60,067 bases of DNA, from the IMG/VR virus record IMGVR_UViG_3300012950_000003, positions 1-60,067 of that record. One strand, given 5' to 3'. The first letter of the stretch is position 1, and each line of letters begins with the position of its first letter. Both the position numbers and the translations under genes were made by a program. This document shows, piece by piece, positions 11,186 through 19,360 of this stretch. The notes under the pieces were generated by a model. The model searched no databases. It saw nothing but the letters and a program-made list of their open reading frames with translations, and was not told where the DNA came from. The DNA comes from a virus. Its lineage: Duplodnaviria > Caudoviricetes.

Positions 11186-11548
11186 ATGGTTGGGAATGGG
11201 CCAACTGGCCTTGGTGAATATGACGGGAAGACTGACCATGAAGTGATCTTGATTTTGGAAACCCAAGTCCAAGATCTGATGAAGAACTTGGACAAAACTG
11301 AGCAGAAAAACGAAAGGTTGACCAAGACCCAAGGCCAAATCTCAGTGGTGCGGTTAGTCTTTACTGGTGTCCTAATCTTGGTGGGTTGCATGGTGGCGAT
11401 GAGCATTGTGTCGTGGTGGTCTCCTAAAGGAACCATTGGGATCGAGAAAGAATTGGCCTTTTTTGAAAGGTTATTGCTGGTAATGTTGGGCATCTTATCC
11501 AGTGCGGTGGTAGCCTTATACGATCAACGGAACGGAGACGATGGGTGA
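11186..11548 (+). CDS. Coiled-coil plus two-TM membrane protein
   Basis: GGGGAGG RBS; short coiled coil followed by two hydrophobic helices. Confidence 0.6.
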   Translation: MVGNGPTGLGEYDGKTDHEVILILETQVQDLMKNLDKTEQKNERLTKTQGQISVVRLVFTGVLILVGCMVAMSIVSWWSPKGTIGIEKELAFFERLLLVMLGILSSAVVALYDQRNGDDG

Positions 11549-11555
11549 TTAAAAC

Positions 11556-11645
11556 ATGGAAACCAATTGGGCGGAGATATTATGCTTTTTGTTAGCGATG
11601 GGATGCTGGCAGGCTTTGTTCTTTCTGGCTATCGTTTGGAGTTGA
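11556..11645 (+). CDS. 29-aa hydrophobic peptide (not in ORF track)
   Basis: Translated by hand: METNWAEILCFLLAMGCWQALFFLAIVWS*. Fills the gap just before the kinase RBS. Confidence 0.45.
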   Translation: METNWAEILCFLLAMGCWQALFFLAIVWS

Positions 11646-11658
11646 TTGAGGGGAGCCG

Positions 11659-13137
11659 GTGCCAATAGCTTTGTGGCATTTGATTGTATTGGGCCTCATA
11701 TGGGGTTGTGGCACCGCCTTTTTGTGTGCCTTGGCTTTGTTGCGGGCGCAAAGGGCTGTTACGGCTGAAGTCAAAGGCTATTTGGCCGCAATTTTGGAAG
11801 ACCACCGCAACAAGGCGGCAGAGATGGTAGGGCAAGGAGTACAAGCCCAATTGCTAGCGGTGAAGGAAGAATTGAAGCAGGCTTTGGAGGATGTTATCAC
11901 CGCGGAGAGAGCGCAAGTGGTGGCGGAAGATGCCCAAGTGGTAGCCGAAGCCCAAACCAAGGCTAAAGGCGATTTCTTGTCACGGATGAGCCACGAAATC
12001 CGCACTCCCATTAATGGCATTATTGGCTCGTTGGCTTTGATTGAACCGCGGGACTTGACTCCGCAACAAGGTGAGGATTTGCAACGAGCCGTGATTTCAT
12101 CAGACAGATTGTTGGCCGTGGTTGATGAAATCTTGGATTTGGCCCAAGTGGAATCGGATCAAACCGTATACCAACATGACCAATTTAGCCTATTAGAGAT
12201 CTGCCAAGAAACAATCAACGGGTTACAACCGCTGGCTGATAAAAAGGGGTTGAATCTGGTCTGTGATGTTTCCGACCAAATGGATCAGACCCGTTACGGA
12301 GACCAGCAAAAAATTCATCAAGTATTGGCTAACCTAATCAGCAATGCCATCAAGTTTACGGAGGAGGGGCAGGTCTGGTTGAAGGTGATGCCAGCCGTTG
12401 ATGATGATGTCCGTTTCGAGGTTTCCGATACCGGGCCGGGTATAGAAAAGGATTTGCAAACCAAACTGTTTCAACCCTTTAACCAAGCTAGCCAGAAAAG
12501 TGGCGCCACCGGTTTGGGCTTATCTATCAGCCAAGGATATGTGCAAGGCATGGGCGGCAGGATGGGGGTGGTAAGTCAAGCCGGGGCCGGTGCTATGTTT
12601 TGGTTCCAACTGGAATTGGCTACCAATGGTCGGGCCAAGGTAAAAGACAATCAAGCACAAGCACAAGCACAAGCACAAGCACAAGCACAAGCACAAGCAC
12701 AAGCACAAGCACAAGCACAAGCACAAGCACAAGCACAAGCACCATTACGGGTTTTGTCAGTGGATGATGATCCGGTCAATCGGGCGGTAGTGCAACGCCA
12801 TCTGGAGAATCTGGGTTGCCAAGTGGTGACGGTCAATGATGGGTTGGAGGCGGTAGAGGAATTCTGTTTCTCCAGTTACGACTTGATATTGATGGATTTA
12901 TTAATGCCGAACATGGACGGATTTGAGGCTAGTTTGAAGATGCGGCAAATAGAAAAAGACAAAGGTTTGAGAGCTAACCGTATTATAGCCTTAACCGCTT
13001 CAGTAGTGGGTGATATTGCCCGTCAATGCCAAGCGGCAGGGATGGATGGGTACTTGAGTAAACCTTTCAACAAAAAGGATCTGGCGGCTATTATAGCCGA
13101 GGCAAATGGAAATCGAGATGCAAGAACAAGCGGGTAG
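11659..13137 (+). CDS. Hybrid histidine kinase (TM-HisKA-HATPase-REC)
   Basis: H-box FLSRMSHEIRTPINGI, N-box NLISNAIKFT, G1 DTGPGI, G2 GLGLSI; receiver VDDD...LMDLLMP...SKPF; GAGGGGAG RBS. Confidence 0.95.
   Translation: MPIALWHLIVLGLIWGCGTAFLCALALLRAQRAVTAEVKGYLAAILEDHRNKAAEMVGQGVQAQLLAVKEELKQALEDVITAERAQVVAEDAQVVAEAQTKAKGDFLSRMSHEIRTPINGIIGSLALIEPRDLTPQQGEDLQRAVISSDRLLAVVDEILDLAQVESDQTVYQHDQFSLLEICQETINGLQPLADKKGLNLVCDVSDQMDQTRYGDQQKIHQVLANLISNAIKFTEEGQVWLKVMPAVDDDVRFEVSDTGPGIEKDLQTKLFQPFNQASQKSGATGLGLSISQGYVQGMGGRMGVVSQAGAGAMFWFQLELATNGRAKVKDNQAQAQAQAQAQAQAQAQAQAQAQAQAQAQAPLRVLSVDDDPVNRAVVQRHLENLGCQVVTVNDGLEAVEEFCFSSYDLILMDLLMPNMDGFEASLKMRQIEKDKGLRANRIIALTASVVGDIARQCQAAGMDGYLSKPFNKKDLAAIIAEANGNRDARTSG
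12652..12741 (+). repeat. Perfect hexamer tandem repeat (CAAGCA)15 encoding (QA)15 linker
   Basis: 90 bp counted directly; lies between the HATPase and receiver domains. Confidence 0.97.
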
Positions 13138-13330
13138 CAATTCACAAAAAGGGCAACTCAAGGATCTGACTATCCGGATGGCTAAAATTGAGCAAACCTT
13201 GACCGATTTGCAAGTGGCTATTGCTAGGCTGGAAACTTCGCAAAGCCAAAGCTACAAAACCTTGACCGTGATTGGTTCCGTAGCCTTGACCGCCGTGGCA
13301 GGTATTTTAGCCAAGTTATTGATGACCTGA
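13106..13330 (+). CDS. Coiled-coil protein with C-terminal TM helix
   Basis: Heptad-rich segment followed by a hydrophobic tail, a layout common in phage lysis blocks. Confidence 0.6.
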   Translation: MEIEMQEQAGSNSQKGQLKDLTIRMAKIEQTLTDLQVAIARLETSQSQSYKTLTVIGSVALTAVAGILAKLLMT

Positions 13331-13335
13331 AATGA

Positions 13336-13767
13336 ATGAATCCACTGTTTATCTTCCGCTCGGTTGTCGGCTTAATCCAAACGCTGAAGTCGACGCAAGA
13401 AACGATCAAGGACGAGTCAAAGGAGTTTGATGAGGAGGCGGGGGTGAAAGCCTCGCCAGCGGTCAAAACGGTAGCCCATGCCACCATTTGGGGGAAGGTG
13501 ATATTGTTGGCGATGCTGGCTGGAGACTTGCCGTTACTGGATTGGTTTGATATAGGTGGCTCGGAAATATTTGAGTGGGCGGCGGTGATTTTGATTTGCG
13601 GGTGTGGTATTTTGGGCTTAGTGTCGCATTGGGACTATTCTGACAAGGACGATCAGCGGCAAGATTACCACCGACGGCGGGAAGAAGAAAGCCGCCAACA
13701 ACGGGCTTTGAAGCAACGGCAGGAACGGCAACGGCGAAAAGATTCTAATTTCTTGCCAGACATTTAA
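13336..13767 (+). CDS. Membrane protein with charged C-terminal tail
   Basis: Two hydrophobic segments, R/Q-rich tail; last gene of the rightward operon. Confidence 0.6.
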   Translation: MNPLFIFRSVVGLIQTLKSTQETIKDESKEFDEEAGVKASPAVKTVAHATIWGKVILLAMLAGDLPLLDWFDIGGSEIFEWAAVILICGCGILGLVSHWDYSDKDDQRQDYHRRREEESRQQRALKQRQERQRRKDSNFLPDI

Positions 13768-13857
13768 GGAACTCAAACGGGAGGCGGGGAGTAGCAGGCA
13801 GTAACTGTTAAGCCCCACACCAACAACCAAAACTTTGATTCTGATCCTCCCGTAGAG

Positions 13858-13895
13858 AAAAGCTCGGTCTGATAGCGAGGCCGAGCTTTTTATTT
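13858..13895 (+). terminator. Intrinsic terminator, possibly bidirectional
   Basis: AAAAGCTCGGTCT-loop-AGGCCGAGCTTTTT. Confidence 0.85.
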
Positions 13896-13900
13896 AGACA

Positions 13901-13946
13901 TAAAAAAGGGCCGATCCAAGTGTGTTCAGTCACCTGAATCGGCCTT
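13901..13946 (-). terminator. Intrinsic terminator of leftward transcription
   Basis: Minus strand AAGGCCGATTC...GATCGGCCC followed by TTTTTT. Confidence 0.75.
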
Positions 13947-14072
13947 GATTAGTTTAGATGTTCAAATCAGTTTCAGCTTACCGGCAATAACTGATCGAAT
14001 CTAACTGCGGGGCTTTTTATGGGCTATTTTGGCGGATCCCATTTTGTCCCACTGTTTAATTATAACGCCTCA

Positions 14073-14102
14073 ATTATACCATCAACCCCACCCGTAGGTG
14101 AA
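14073..14102 (-). promoter_or_regulatory. Leftward sigma70-type promoter with extended -10
   Basis: Minus strand TTCACC-18 nt-TATAAT, with TG extension (TGgTATAAT). Confidence 0.5.
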
Positions 14103-14103
14103 A

Positions 14104-14418
14104 TCATTGGGGCCGATTAGAACTTCCATTGAGGTGTTGCCAGAAATGTTCCTTGTCTCGCCAATCCTGTTCCATTTCCTCCACCACGGCTGAAATGTAG
14201 AGGTGAATCAAGGTGGATAAGCTATCGTTCAAGTAGCCATCCGATTCCATGCCCTTCAGCAATGACCTTCGATACCATTTTTTGATGTCTTCAATCGGTT
14301 CCTTCAAGTCAATATCAGCCACTTGGTGGGCCATCTTGTCCCGTAGCTCGATTACTTGGTGGTAAGGCAAATTTTGGAAATCGGCTTCTACTTGGTGGGA
14401 TAATTCAAAGTGATCCAT
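14104..14418 (-). CDS. Hypothetical protein
   Basis: GGAG-type RBS upstream; early operon orientation. Confidence 0.6.
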   Translation of the reverse strand: MDHFELSHQVEADFQNLPYHQVIELRDKMAHQVADIDLKEPIEDIKKWYRRSLLKGMESDGYLNDSLSTLIHLYISAVVEEMEQDWRDKEHFWQHLNGSSNRPQ

Positions 14419-14524
14419 CTGTTTTCTCCATCTCCTCCAATAATGCCCCTAACACCCGACAGGCTGTGTCGGATGCTAGGGTTTAGTGTAAGGCCATACA
14501 ATTGCGGAATAAAACGCACTACGG

Positions 14525-14791
14525 CTAATAGTAGCCTTGATCTCGGTGCAGGTCTCGATAAAGCATTCTGGCCTCATCGTCTCGCACCTCATTAAAGATC
14601 AAACCCTCCAACTTATCCGCCCGCTCTAGGTAGTCGAGAATCCGTTCAGTATCGAGGTAGTTGATAATATGGTTGATCAACTCCTCCTTTGATTCTCGTC
14701 CCAACTCTTGGCGGAAAATCTGTTCCGCCTCAGCGGGATAGTTGACCCCCCGTATTCTGGCCCGTTGGATTTCGGCGGGATGCAATGGCAT
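14525..14791 (-). CDS. Hypothetical protein
   Basis: TAATG coupling with the upstream gene. Confidence 0.65.
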   Translation of the reverse strand: MPLHPAEIQRARIRGVNYPAEAEQIFRQELGRESKEELINHIINYLDTERILDYLERADKLEGLIFNEVRDDEARMLYRDLHRDQGYY

Positions 14792-15669
14792 TATTTCACC
14801 CCCTTGATTTCGCCGATCAGTTGATCGGCTTGTTCATCGGTCAATAACCGGGGATTCGTCACCTTATATTGGCTGGTCAGTTGTGCTTTTAACACCTCTG
14901 GCTTCATAACTGGTTTCGATTGGTAGGTTTGGAAGATCTGAGCCAACTTCGGGATTGAGATCTTCTGGTTGGTTGTGGGAATCGTGGGGAATGTGTCTTC
15001 TGGAATCTTGGCCGCATCCAACCAAGATTTCCATAATTGAGGGGTTAATTCGGCCCCATTCTCAGGTATCGTAATGGCGGTTTCAGCTTCGAGTTCGGCC
15101 TTGGCCTTTTCGACCTTTTCCCCCAACTTTTCGGCTTGGCCTTGCCGACGATCTAACTCCTTCCTGGCTTTATCTTCGACTACCTTTAGAGTGGGTGTCG
15201 GTTCCATCGTGGTGGTCGAGGTGGCTGTTTCCCTCCCTGCGTCTTGTTCGAACCTTTCTTTGTTTTTTGCCTCTTGCCGTTCTCTGGCTTCAACCACGTC
15301 AAAGCTCATTTTGCCTTGACCGTCAGCACCTACATATCCGGCACTGGCTAAGGCGCGGCCAATGGCCGAAGTTTCAGCGATCTCGTATAGGCTTTCCGCA
15401 TTGTGTAAAGGTTTCAGGAACCCACCATCGCCGTTAGGCAACGCCAACTGCTCGATAGCATGGCCATCGTATTTCAGCTTGTCTGGCAATAATGGATCGG
15501 TCGGGTAGATGGTAATCCGAGCCGAACATTCAATTACAGCCCCCAAAACGGGGTGCGACTCAAAGGTTGGTTTGGTAGTTTCAACTGAAACCATGTCCAA
15601 ATAATCTTGGTGGAGGCCAGCCAATCGACTGGCAACGTTGTTATATTGATCGTAGTTTTTTCTGGCCAT
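14791..15669 (-). CDS. Rad52/Sak-like ssDNA annealing protein
   Basis: YNNVASRL and AETSAIGRALASAGY motifs typical of phage Rad52-like recombinases; start moved to MARKNY at 15669. Confidence 0.65.
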   Translation of the reverse strand: MARKNYDQYNNVASRLAGLHQDYLDMVSVETTKPTFESHPVLGAVIECSARITIYPTDPLLPDKLKYDGHAIEQLALPNGDGGFLKPLHNAESLYEIAETSAIGRALASAGYVGADGQGKMSFDVVEARERQEAKNKERFEQDAGRETATSTTTMEPTPTLKVVEDKARKELDRRQGQAEKLGEKVEKAKAELEAETAITIPENGAELTPQLWKSWLDAAKIPEDTFPTIPTTNQKISIPKLAQIFQTYQSKPVMKPEVLKAQLTSQYKVTNPRLLTDEQADQLIGEIKGVK

Positions 15670-15674
15670 TACAA

Positions 15675-16022
15675 TTACCTTATGGTTGAGAAGGTTAAAA
15701 TGTGCTTGCATTGATGCCCTTGAAACTCAAACTCAAAGTCAGGACAACTGCAAACCCAAGTTTTCTTGAAGATCTGATAAGATACGATGTATCCCTGACC
15801 TCCAAGTGATTGTGAAAATACGCAGTAGACCTCGTACCCATCCCGCACAAAAGGCATTTCCACGTATTGATGGTTGAAGCGAATCGAATTCGCATTTTCG
15901 ATCCGTTTTAGGTTCGACGGCGTGGGGTTAATGTCCATCCCTTTTGCTACCGCCAAACATTCATTGTAACTCAATTGAGGCTTGATCCCAAACTGGTTTT
16001 GCCTCTGCTGATATGCTATCAT
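15675..16022 (-). CDS. SWIM zinc-finger protein
   Basis: CSCPDF...CKH motif; AAGGAG RBS supports the ATG at 16022. Confidence 0.75.
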   Translation of the reverse strand: MIAYQQRQNQFGIKPQLSYNECLAVAKGMDINPTPSNLKRIENANSIRFNHQYVEMPFVRDGYEVYCVFSQSLGGQGYIVSYQIFKKTWVCSCPDFEFEFQGHQCKHILTFSTIR

Positions 16023-16070
16023 ACTTGTCTTCTCCTTGAGCACCTTTATGGCTTCAGGTGTTAAATTAGT

Positions 16071-16102
16071 TGGGGTTGTGCTTTAGACACAGCCCCATTT
16101 TT
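16071..16102 (+). terminator. Terminator-like hairpin oriented antisense to the early genes
   Basis: TGGGGTTGTG-CTTTAGA-CACAGCCCCA-TTTTT on the + strand. Confidence 0.6.
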
Positions 16103-16222
16103 CTATCCGCTACAAAACACCAAGACCAGCCAGATAAACATGGCCCCGGCCAATATTATCGTCTCCAGAAAATCTCTAATCATTTCCGGCCCATTATCTC
16201 CCCAAAAACTATCTTTCATCAT
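16103..16222 (-). CDS. 39-aa hydrophobic peptide (not in ORF track)
   Basis: MMKDSFWGDNGPEMIRDFLETIILAGAMFIWLVLVFCSG*; ATGA overlap with the upstream stop. Confidence 0.5.
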   Translation of the reverse strand: MMKDSFWGDNGPEMIRDFLETIILAGAMFIWLVLVFCSG

Positions 16223-16533
16223 ATTCTCCAATAGTGGCCGTTATCTTCCGAATAGTCCGTCATTACCGCCCTTGCTGTTATCTCCCAATCAATAGCAATA
16301 AAGTGGGGGAGCAACTGCTCCAGGTCGTAAAGGTCATAAAGCAAGTCCATGACAAAATCCTTGTCACTCTGCCAGAAGCCTTGATAACTGTCCTCAATAC
16401 TGTCGGCTTGGATGCTCAATTCGCAAGCGGCTACCAACATCTCGATGCTGTGCTGTTTGATCAGGGAATCGACTTTGTTTCGCCCCAAGTTGGCGATTAG
16501 TCCTTTGGCTTGGGTATAGGTTAAATCTGACAT
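16219..16533 (-). CDS. ArdA-like antirestriction protein (short)
   Basis: Acidic; YQGFWQSDKDFV...IDWEITARAV...NGHYW resembles the ArdA C-terminal signature. Confidence 0.65.
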   Translation of the reverse strand: MSDLTYTQAKGLIANLGRNKVDSLIKQHSIEMLVAACELSIQADSIEDSYQGFWQSDKDFVMDLLYDLYDLEQLLPHFIAIDWEITARAVMTDYSEDNGHYWRI

Positions 16534-16817
16534 TATTTCTGCTCCTCTATTAAGAGGCTTTTATATCCTCGATCCTCAATCGCTTTCTCGATGACTTTGA
16601 TGGAATTCATTAACCCATCAATCTCCGGCTCCAGCTTTACTTTTCTCACTAAGAGGGTGTCGTAATCGGTGGTAAAGGGGCAGTTGTCTCGAGCCGCCGG
16701 GTTAAGCCGAAAGAGCTTGGAATCAATTGCCTTATAATCATCTTGCATAAATGAGAGCAACCCTTTCAGTTGTTCTCGGCTTTCGATCAAACCTGATACT
16801 GTCAATGATATTGCCAT
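16533..16817 (-). CDS. Hypothetical protein
   Basis: AGGAGAC RBS and TAATG coupling. Confidence 0.7.
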   Translation of the reverse strand: MAISLTVSGLIESREQLKGLLSFMQDDYKAIDSKLFRLNPAARDNCPFTTDYDTLLVRKVKLEPEIDGLMNSIKVIEKAIEDRGYKSLLIEEQK

Positions 16818-17188
16818 TATGCTGTCTCCTTATTCTTGAGTTCTTCAAATGCTTCGGTCAATTCTGGTGACTTGTAATCTTCACCGTTGTAATCTTTGTC
16901 TAGCCCGTCATTGTGGCCAACCCGATTAATCTCGTTGCCCAATCCCTCCATCAGGAATCTGGCGTGATATTTCAAGACATGGCTGGCTCCTTCCAAAATG
17001 GCCTCCTCTATCAAACGGCCAATAATGTCATCAGTGACATCCACATCACTGTTAGACAACCTTATGGCTATACTGTGCCATGTTCGGTCTCGATTGCGTT
17101 GAATCTCCTCAACGCAATCCTCAATGGTCTGGCCGAATTTGCCTCTGGTTTGTTCGCTAATCTTGCTCAGTTGGCTTTTCAATTCCAT
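16817..17188 (-). CDS. Hypothetical protein
   Basis: AGGAGAC RBS. Confidence 0.7.
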   Translation of the reverse strand: MELKSQLSKISEQTRGKFGQTIEDCVEEIQRNRDRTWHSIAIRLSNSDVDVTDDIIGRLIEEAILEGASHVLKYHARFLMEGLGNEINRVGHNDGLDKDYNGEDYKSPELTEAFEELKNKETA

Positions 17189-17200
17189 TTCTCTGTCTCC

Positions 17201-17818
17201 TTATTTGACTTCTTTAATAGTGACCCCATCTTGGGCCGCATCTTCAATGGTAGGGTATCCGGTTATAAACAGGACTTCTTCGTGGCTAAACTGCTCGTCA
17301 TCAGTGTCGATGGTGTAAAGCGGCCCAACCGGTTCATCTTCATCAGCATCCAAGATGGTGTGTCGGTTGGCTCCAACTTGCTCGGCATGAGTGCTTAATT
17401 CTGGATTTAGTAATTGCTCTCGCTCCTCCTCAGTGGCTTGGAACCAAGCATCGAATTCTTGCTTGGTCTTGTTTACCCAATTAGTGATCTCCTGCTCCGA
17501 ATAATTGTGGTCGTCCTTGTCAAAGAAGTAACCTTGATCTCGGGCCGAATCGCTTGTTTTACTCTCTACCCATTCGGTGGGGCGGTCTTGTAATTCCCAA
17601 CAATGACGGTGGTAGCAATTAGCGGAATAGTTGATAATGTGGTCAGATTCACCACCAAGGCAAACACTGTTGTAACCAGTGAATTCACCAACCACTAGCC
17701 CTTTCCTCTCGATGATAGCTACTTGCGTCATCCATTTGTTGATGCCACCCTCAAAGATGGCGTATTGTGACAATAGTGGGTGACCGCATGTGTTGCAATT
17801 TTTGCTTGAGAATCCCAT
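17201..17818 (-). CDS. Hypothetical protein with CxxC/HxxC putative zinc site
   Basis: CNTCGH and CYHRHC; AGGAGAC RBS. Confidence 0.7.
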   Translation of the reverse strand: MGFSSKNCNTCGHPLLSQYAIFEGGINKWMTQVAIIERKGLVVGEFTGYNSVCLGGESDHIINYSANCYHRHCWELQDRPTEWVESKTSDSARDQGYFFDKDDHNYSEQEITNWVNKTKQEFDAWFQATEEEREQLLNPELSTHAEQVGANRHTILDADEDEPVGPLYTIDTDDEQFSHEEVLFITGYPTIEDAAQDGVTIKEVK

Positions 17819-18000
17819 TATTTTGTCTCCTTGCGGTTTTCAATTTCATCTATAGCCATGTTGACCAGAACCAGCATTTTCCTCATGGTATCAAGGCCCA
17901 ACGGCGTGACGTCCTTCTCAATCGAAAATCTTCGTTCTTCCTTATCCAAGGCCTGAATGGTGGCCTTGGTGGTTTGTAACTCTTGCAAGTTAATCATCAT
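17818..18000 (-). CDS. Hypothetical protein
   Basis: AGGAGAC RBS. Confidence 0.65.
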   Translation of the reverse strand: MMINLQELQTTKATIQALDKEERRFSIEKDVTPLGLDTMRKMLVLVNMAIDEIENRKETK

Positions 18001-18009
18001 TTTGTCTCC

Positions 18010-18279
18010 TTATGCGTTCGCGTTCTGGATAATATACTTGTCTACGTTGCTTACATGGTCACCGTCGTTATTGAAGGCGATATAAACTTTGTTTGGAACT
18101 CGGATACTGTTTTGTTCCAAGTCTGCTGTAACCGTCGGGCTACCGTCGGCCATCTGTGCTAAGTCGTAAATGCCAACCGGACACCTTTCGTGGGCTTGAA
18201 TCTCGCTGTCTGTAATGCCAACCTGGGCGGTTTTGTCCTTAACCTGTTCCAACTTGTTAATCAACTCTTGTACTGTCAT
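18010..18279 (-). CDS. Hypothetical protein (MTVxELIxxL N-terminus)
   Basis: GAGGAG RBS; first gene after the leftward promoter. Confidence 0.7.
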   Translation of the reverse strand: MTVQELINKLEQVKDKTAQVGITDSEIQAHERCPVGIYDLAQMADGSPTVTADLEQNSIRVPNKVYIAFNNDGDHVSNVDKYIIQNANA

Positions 18280-18314
18280 CGCCTTGTTCTCCTCTAACTG
18301 TTTTATATGTTTGT

Positions 18315-18343
18315 ATTATAACTGATTATAACAGGAGAAACAA
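18315..18343 (-). promoter_or_regulatory. Leftward sigma70-type promoter (copy 2)
   Basis: Minus strand TTGTTT-17 nt-TATAAT; near-duplicate of 24714-24742. Confidence 0.8.
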
Positions 18344-18352
18344 GGGAAAACC

Positions 18353-18394
18353 GTGTTTTTATTATGTTTTTCTGTGTTTTTATTATGTTTTTCT
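18353..18394 (+). repeat. 21-bp tandem direct repeat GTGTTTTTATTATGTTTTTCT x2 (operator candidate)
   Basis: Exact duplication; its core recurs inverted at 24744-24759. Confidence 0.85.
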
Positions 18395-18416
18395 CACCCT
18401 TGTTATGGGCTGATCT

Positions 18417-18445
18417 TTGCCTTCTGCATCATTTTAGGGTATCAT
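18417..18445 (+). promoter_or_regulatory. Rightward promoter for candidate sRNA
   Basis: TTGCCT-17 nt-TATCAT. Confidence 0.6.
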
Positions 18446-18450
18446 AAAGA

Positions 18451-18525
18451 TCGAGGATATTTTAGGGCTGGGGCTCGATATCTTTGTTGGCGGTGGGGTT
18501 CTGGCAGAACCCCACCGCCTTTTTG
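18451..18525 (+). ncRNA. Candidate ~75-nt sRNA
   Basis: Promoter upstream, ATCGAG/CTCGAT hairpin, then the perfect inverted repeat GGCGGTGGGGTTCT/AGAACCCCACCGCC plus TTTTT. Confidence 0.55.
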
Positions 18526-18540
18526 TGTTTGCCCCTCGAG

Positions 18541-18774
18541 TTAGAATAAGTCACCTTGGGCCGGTGGGGTTTTGATGAAAGTGTATTGTTGAATCAAGGC
18601 TTCGTCTCTGATCTTGATTCGTTGCTGGTAATCACCTTCAACCCGTCCGTCTTCCAAAGCTCGATAGAATTGGCCTCGGGTGGGATACTGGCCGAAGGTA
18701 AAAGCACCCCGACTAGCCATTTCTTTGATAGCTTGAAACTTCCCCTCTTTGTTTCTTGGGCCGATATTCTTCAT
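18541..18774 (-). CDS. Hypothetical protein
   Basis: ATGA overlap with the upstream gene. Confidence 0.6.
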   Translation of the reverse strand: MKNIGPRNKEGKFQAIKEMASRGAFTFGQYPTRGQFYRALEDGRVEGDYQQRIKIRDEALIQQYTFIKTPPAQGDLF

Positions 18775-19016
18775 GGCTTTGGCAGGCAGGTCATATAAAT
18801 GCTACCTCTGGCCTCGTTTTGAGCTAAGTATTCCAGCATATCTTCTAAGCTGATACTATCAGCCAGCCACTCGATTAATTCTTGGGCCGATTCTTGTTGG
18901 GCAACATGCTGAAAGTTGTCTCGCACTTCTGTTTCCTGTTTTCTGAGGAACTCTAATTGCTGTTGGTACTGAGTTGACTGCTGGCTAAAGTGTTCGTCAG
19001 AAGGGTCATTAATCAT
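18771..19016 (-). CDS. Hypothetical protein
   Basis: TAATG coupling. Confidence 0.6.
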   Translation of the reverse strand: MINDPSDEHFSQQSTQYQQQLEFLRKQETEVRDNFQHVAQQESAQELIEWLADSISLEDMLEYLAQNEARGSIYMTCLPKP

Positions 19017-19360
19017 TAGAATAGCTCCATTTGCTGTGATGGGGGTTGGATTGGTGGCACTGGTAAAGGTTCGATTGGTGGTGACATTCCCAACTCTCGC
19101 TGGGCTTCTTCCTCACCGGTCAGTCGGACCAGATGTTGCCAGTTGATATTATTGTTCTTGATATGCTCAGGCGGCAAAGCACGAAGGTCACGGATAATCT
19201 GCTTGGCCGTGGACAAGCCGGCGTCCCATTGACGCCAGCCCTCCATTTTGACCATGTATTTTCTCAACGACTCTTGGCTAGGTTGCCAATAGTCACTGGT
19301 TTTAGGTTCCTGATTGGCCATTAGCCTTGCCCCCGGATATTGCCACCAAACTTCCGCCAA
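19016..19360 (-). CDS. Hypothetical protein (start probably at 19321, MANQEP)
   Basis: TAATG coupling at both ends. Confidence 0.6.
   Translation of the reverse strand: MAEVWWQYPGARLMANQEPKTSDYWQPSQESLRKYMVKMEGWRQWDAGLSTAKQIIRDLRALPPEHIKNNNINWQHLVRLTGEEEAQRELGMSPPIEPLPVPPIQPPSQQMELF

Noticed and set aside
12520-12836. ORFs with (CL)n and (CA)n runs on the minus strand
   Set aside because: They are shadows of the (CAAGCA)15 repeat inside the kinase gene.
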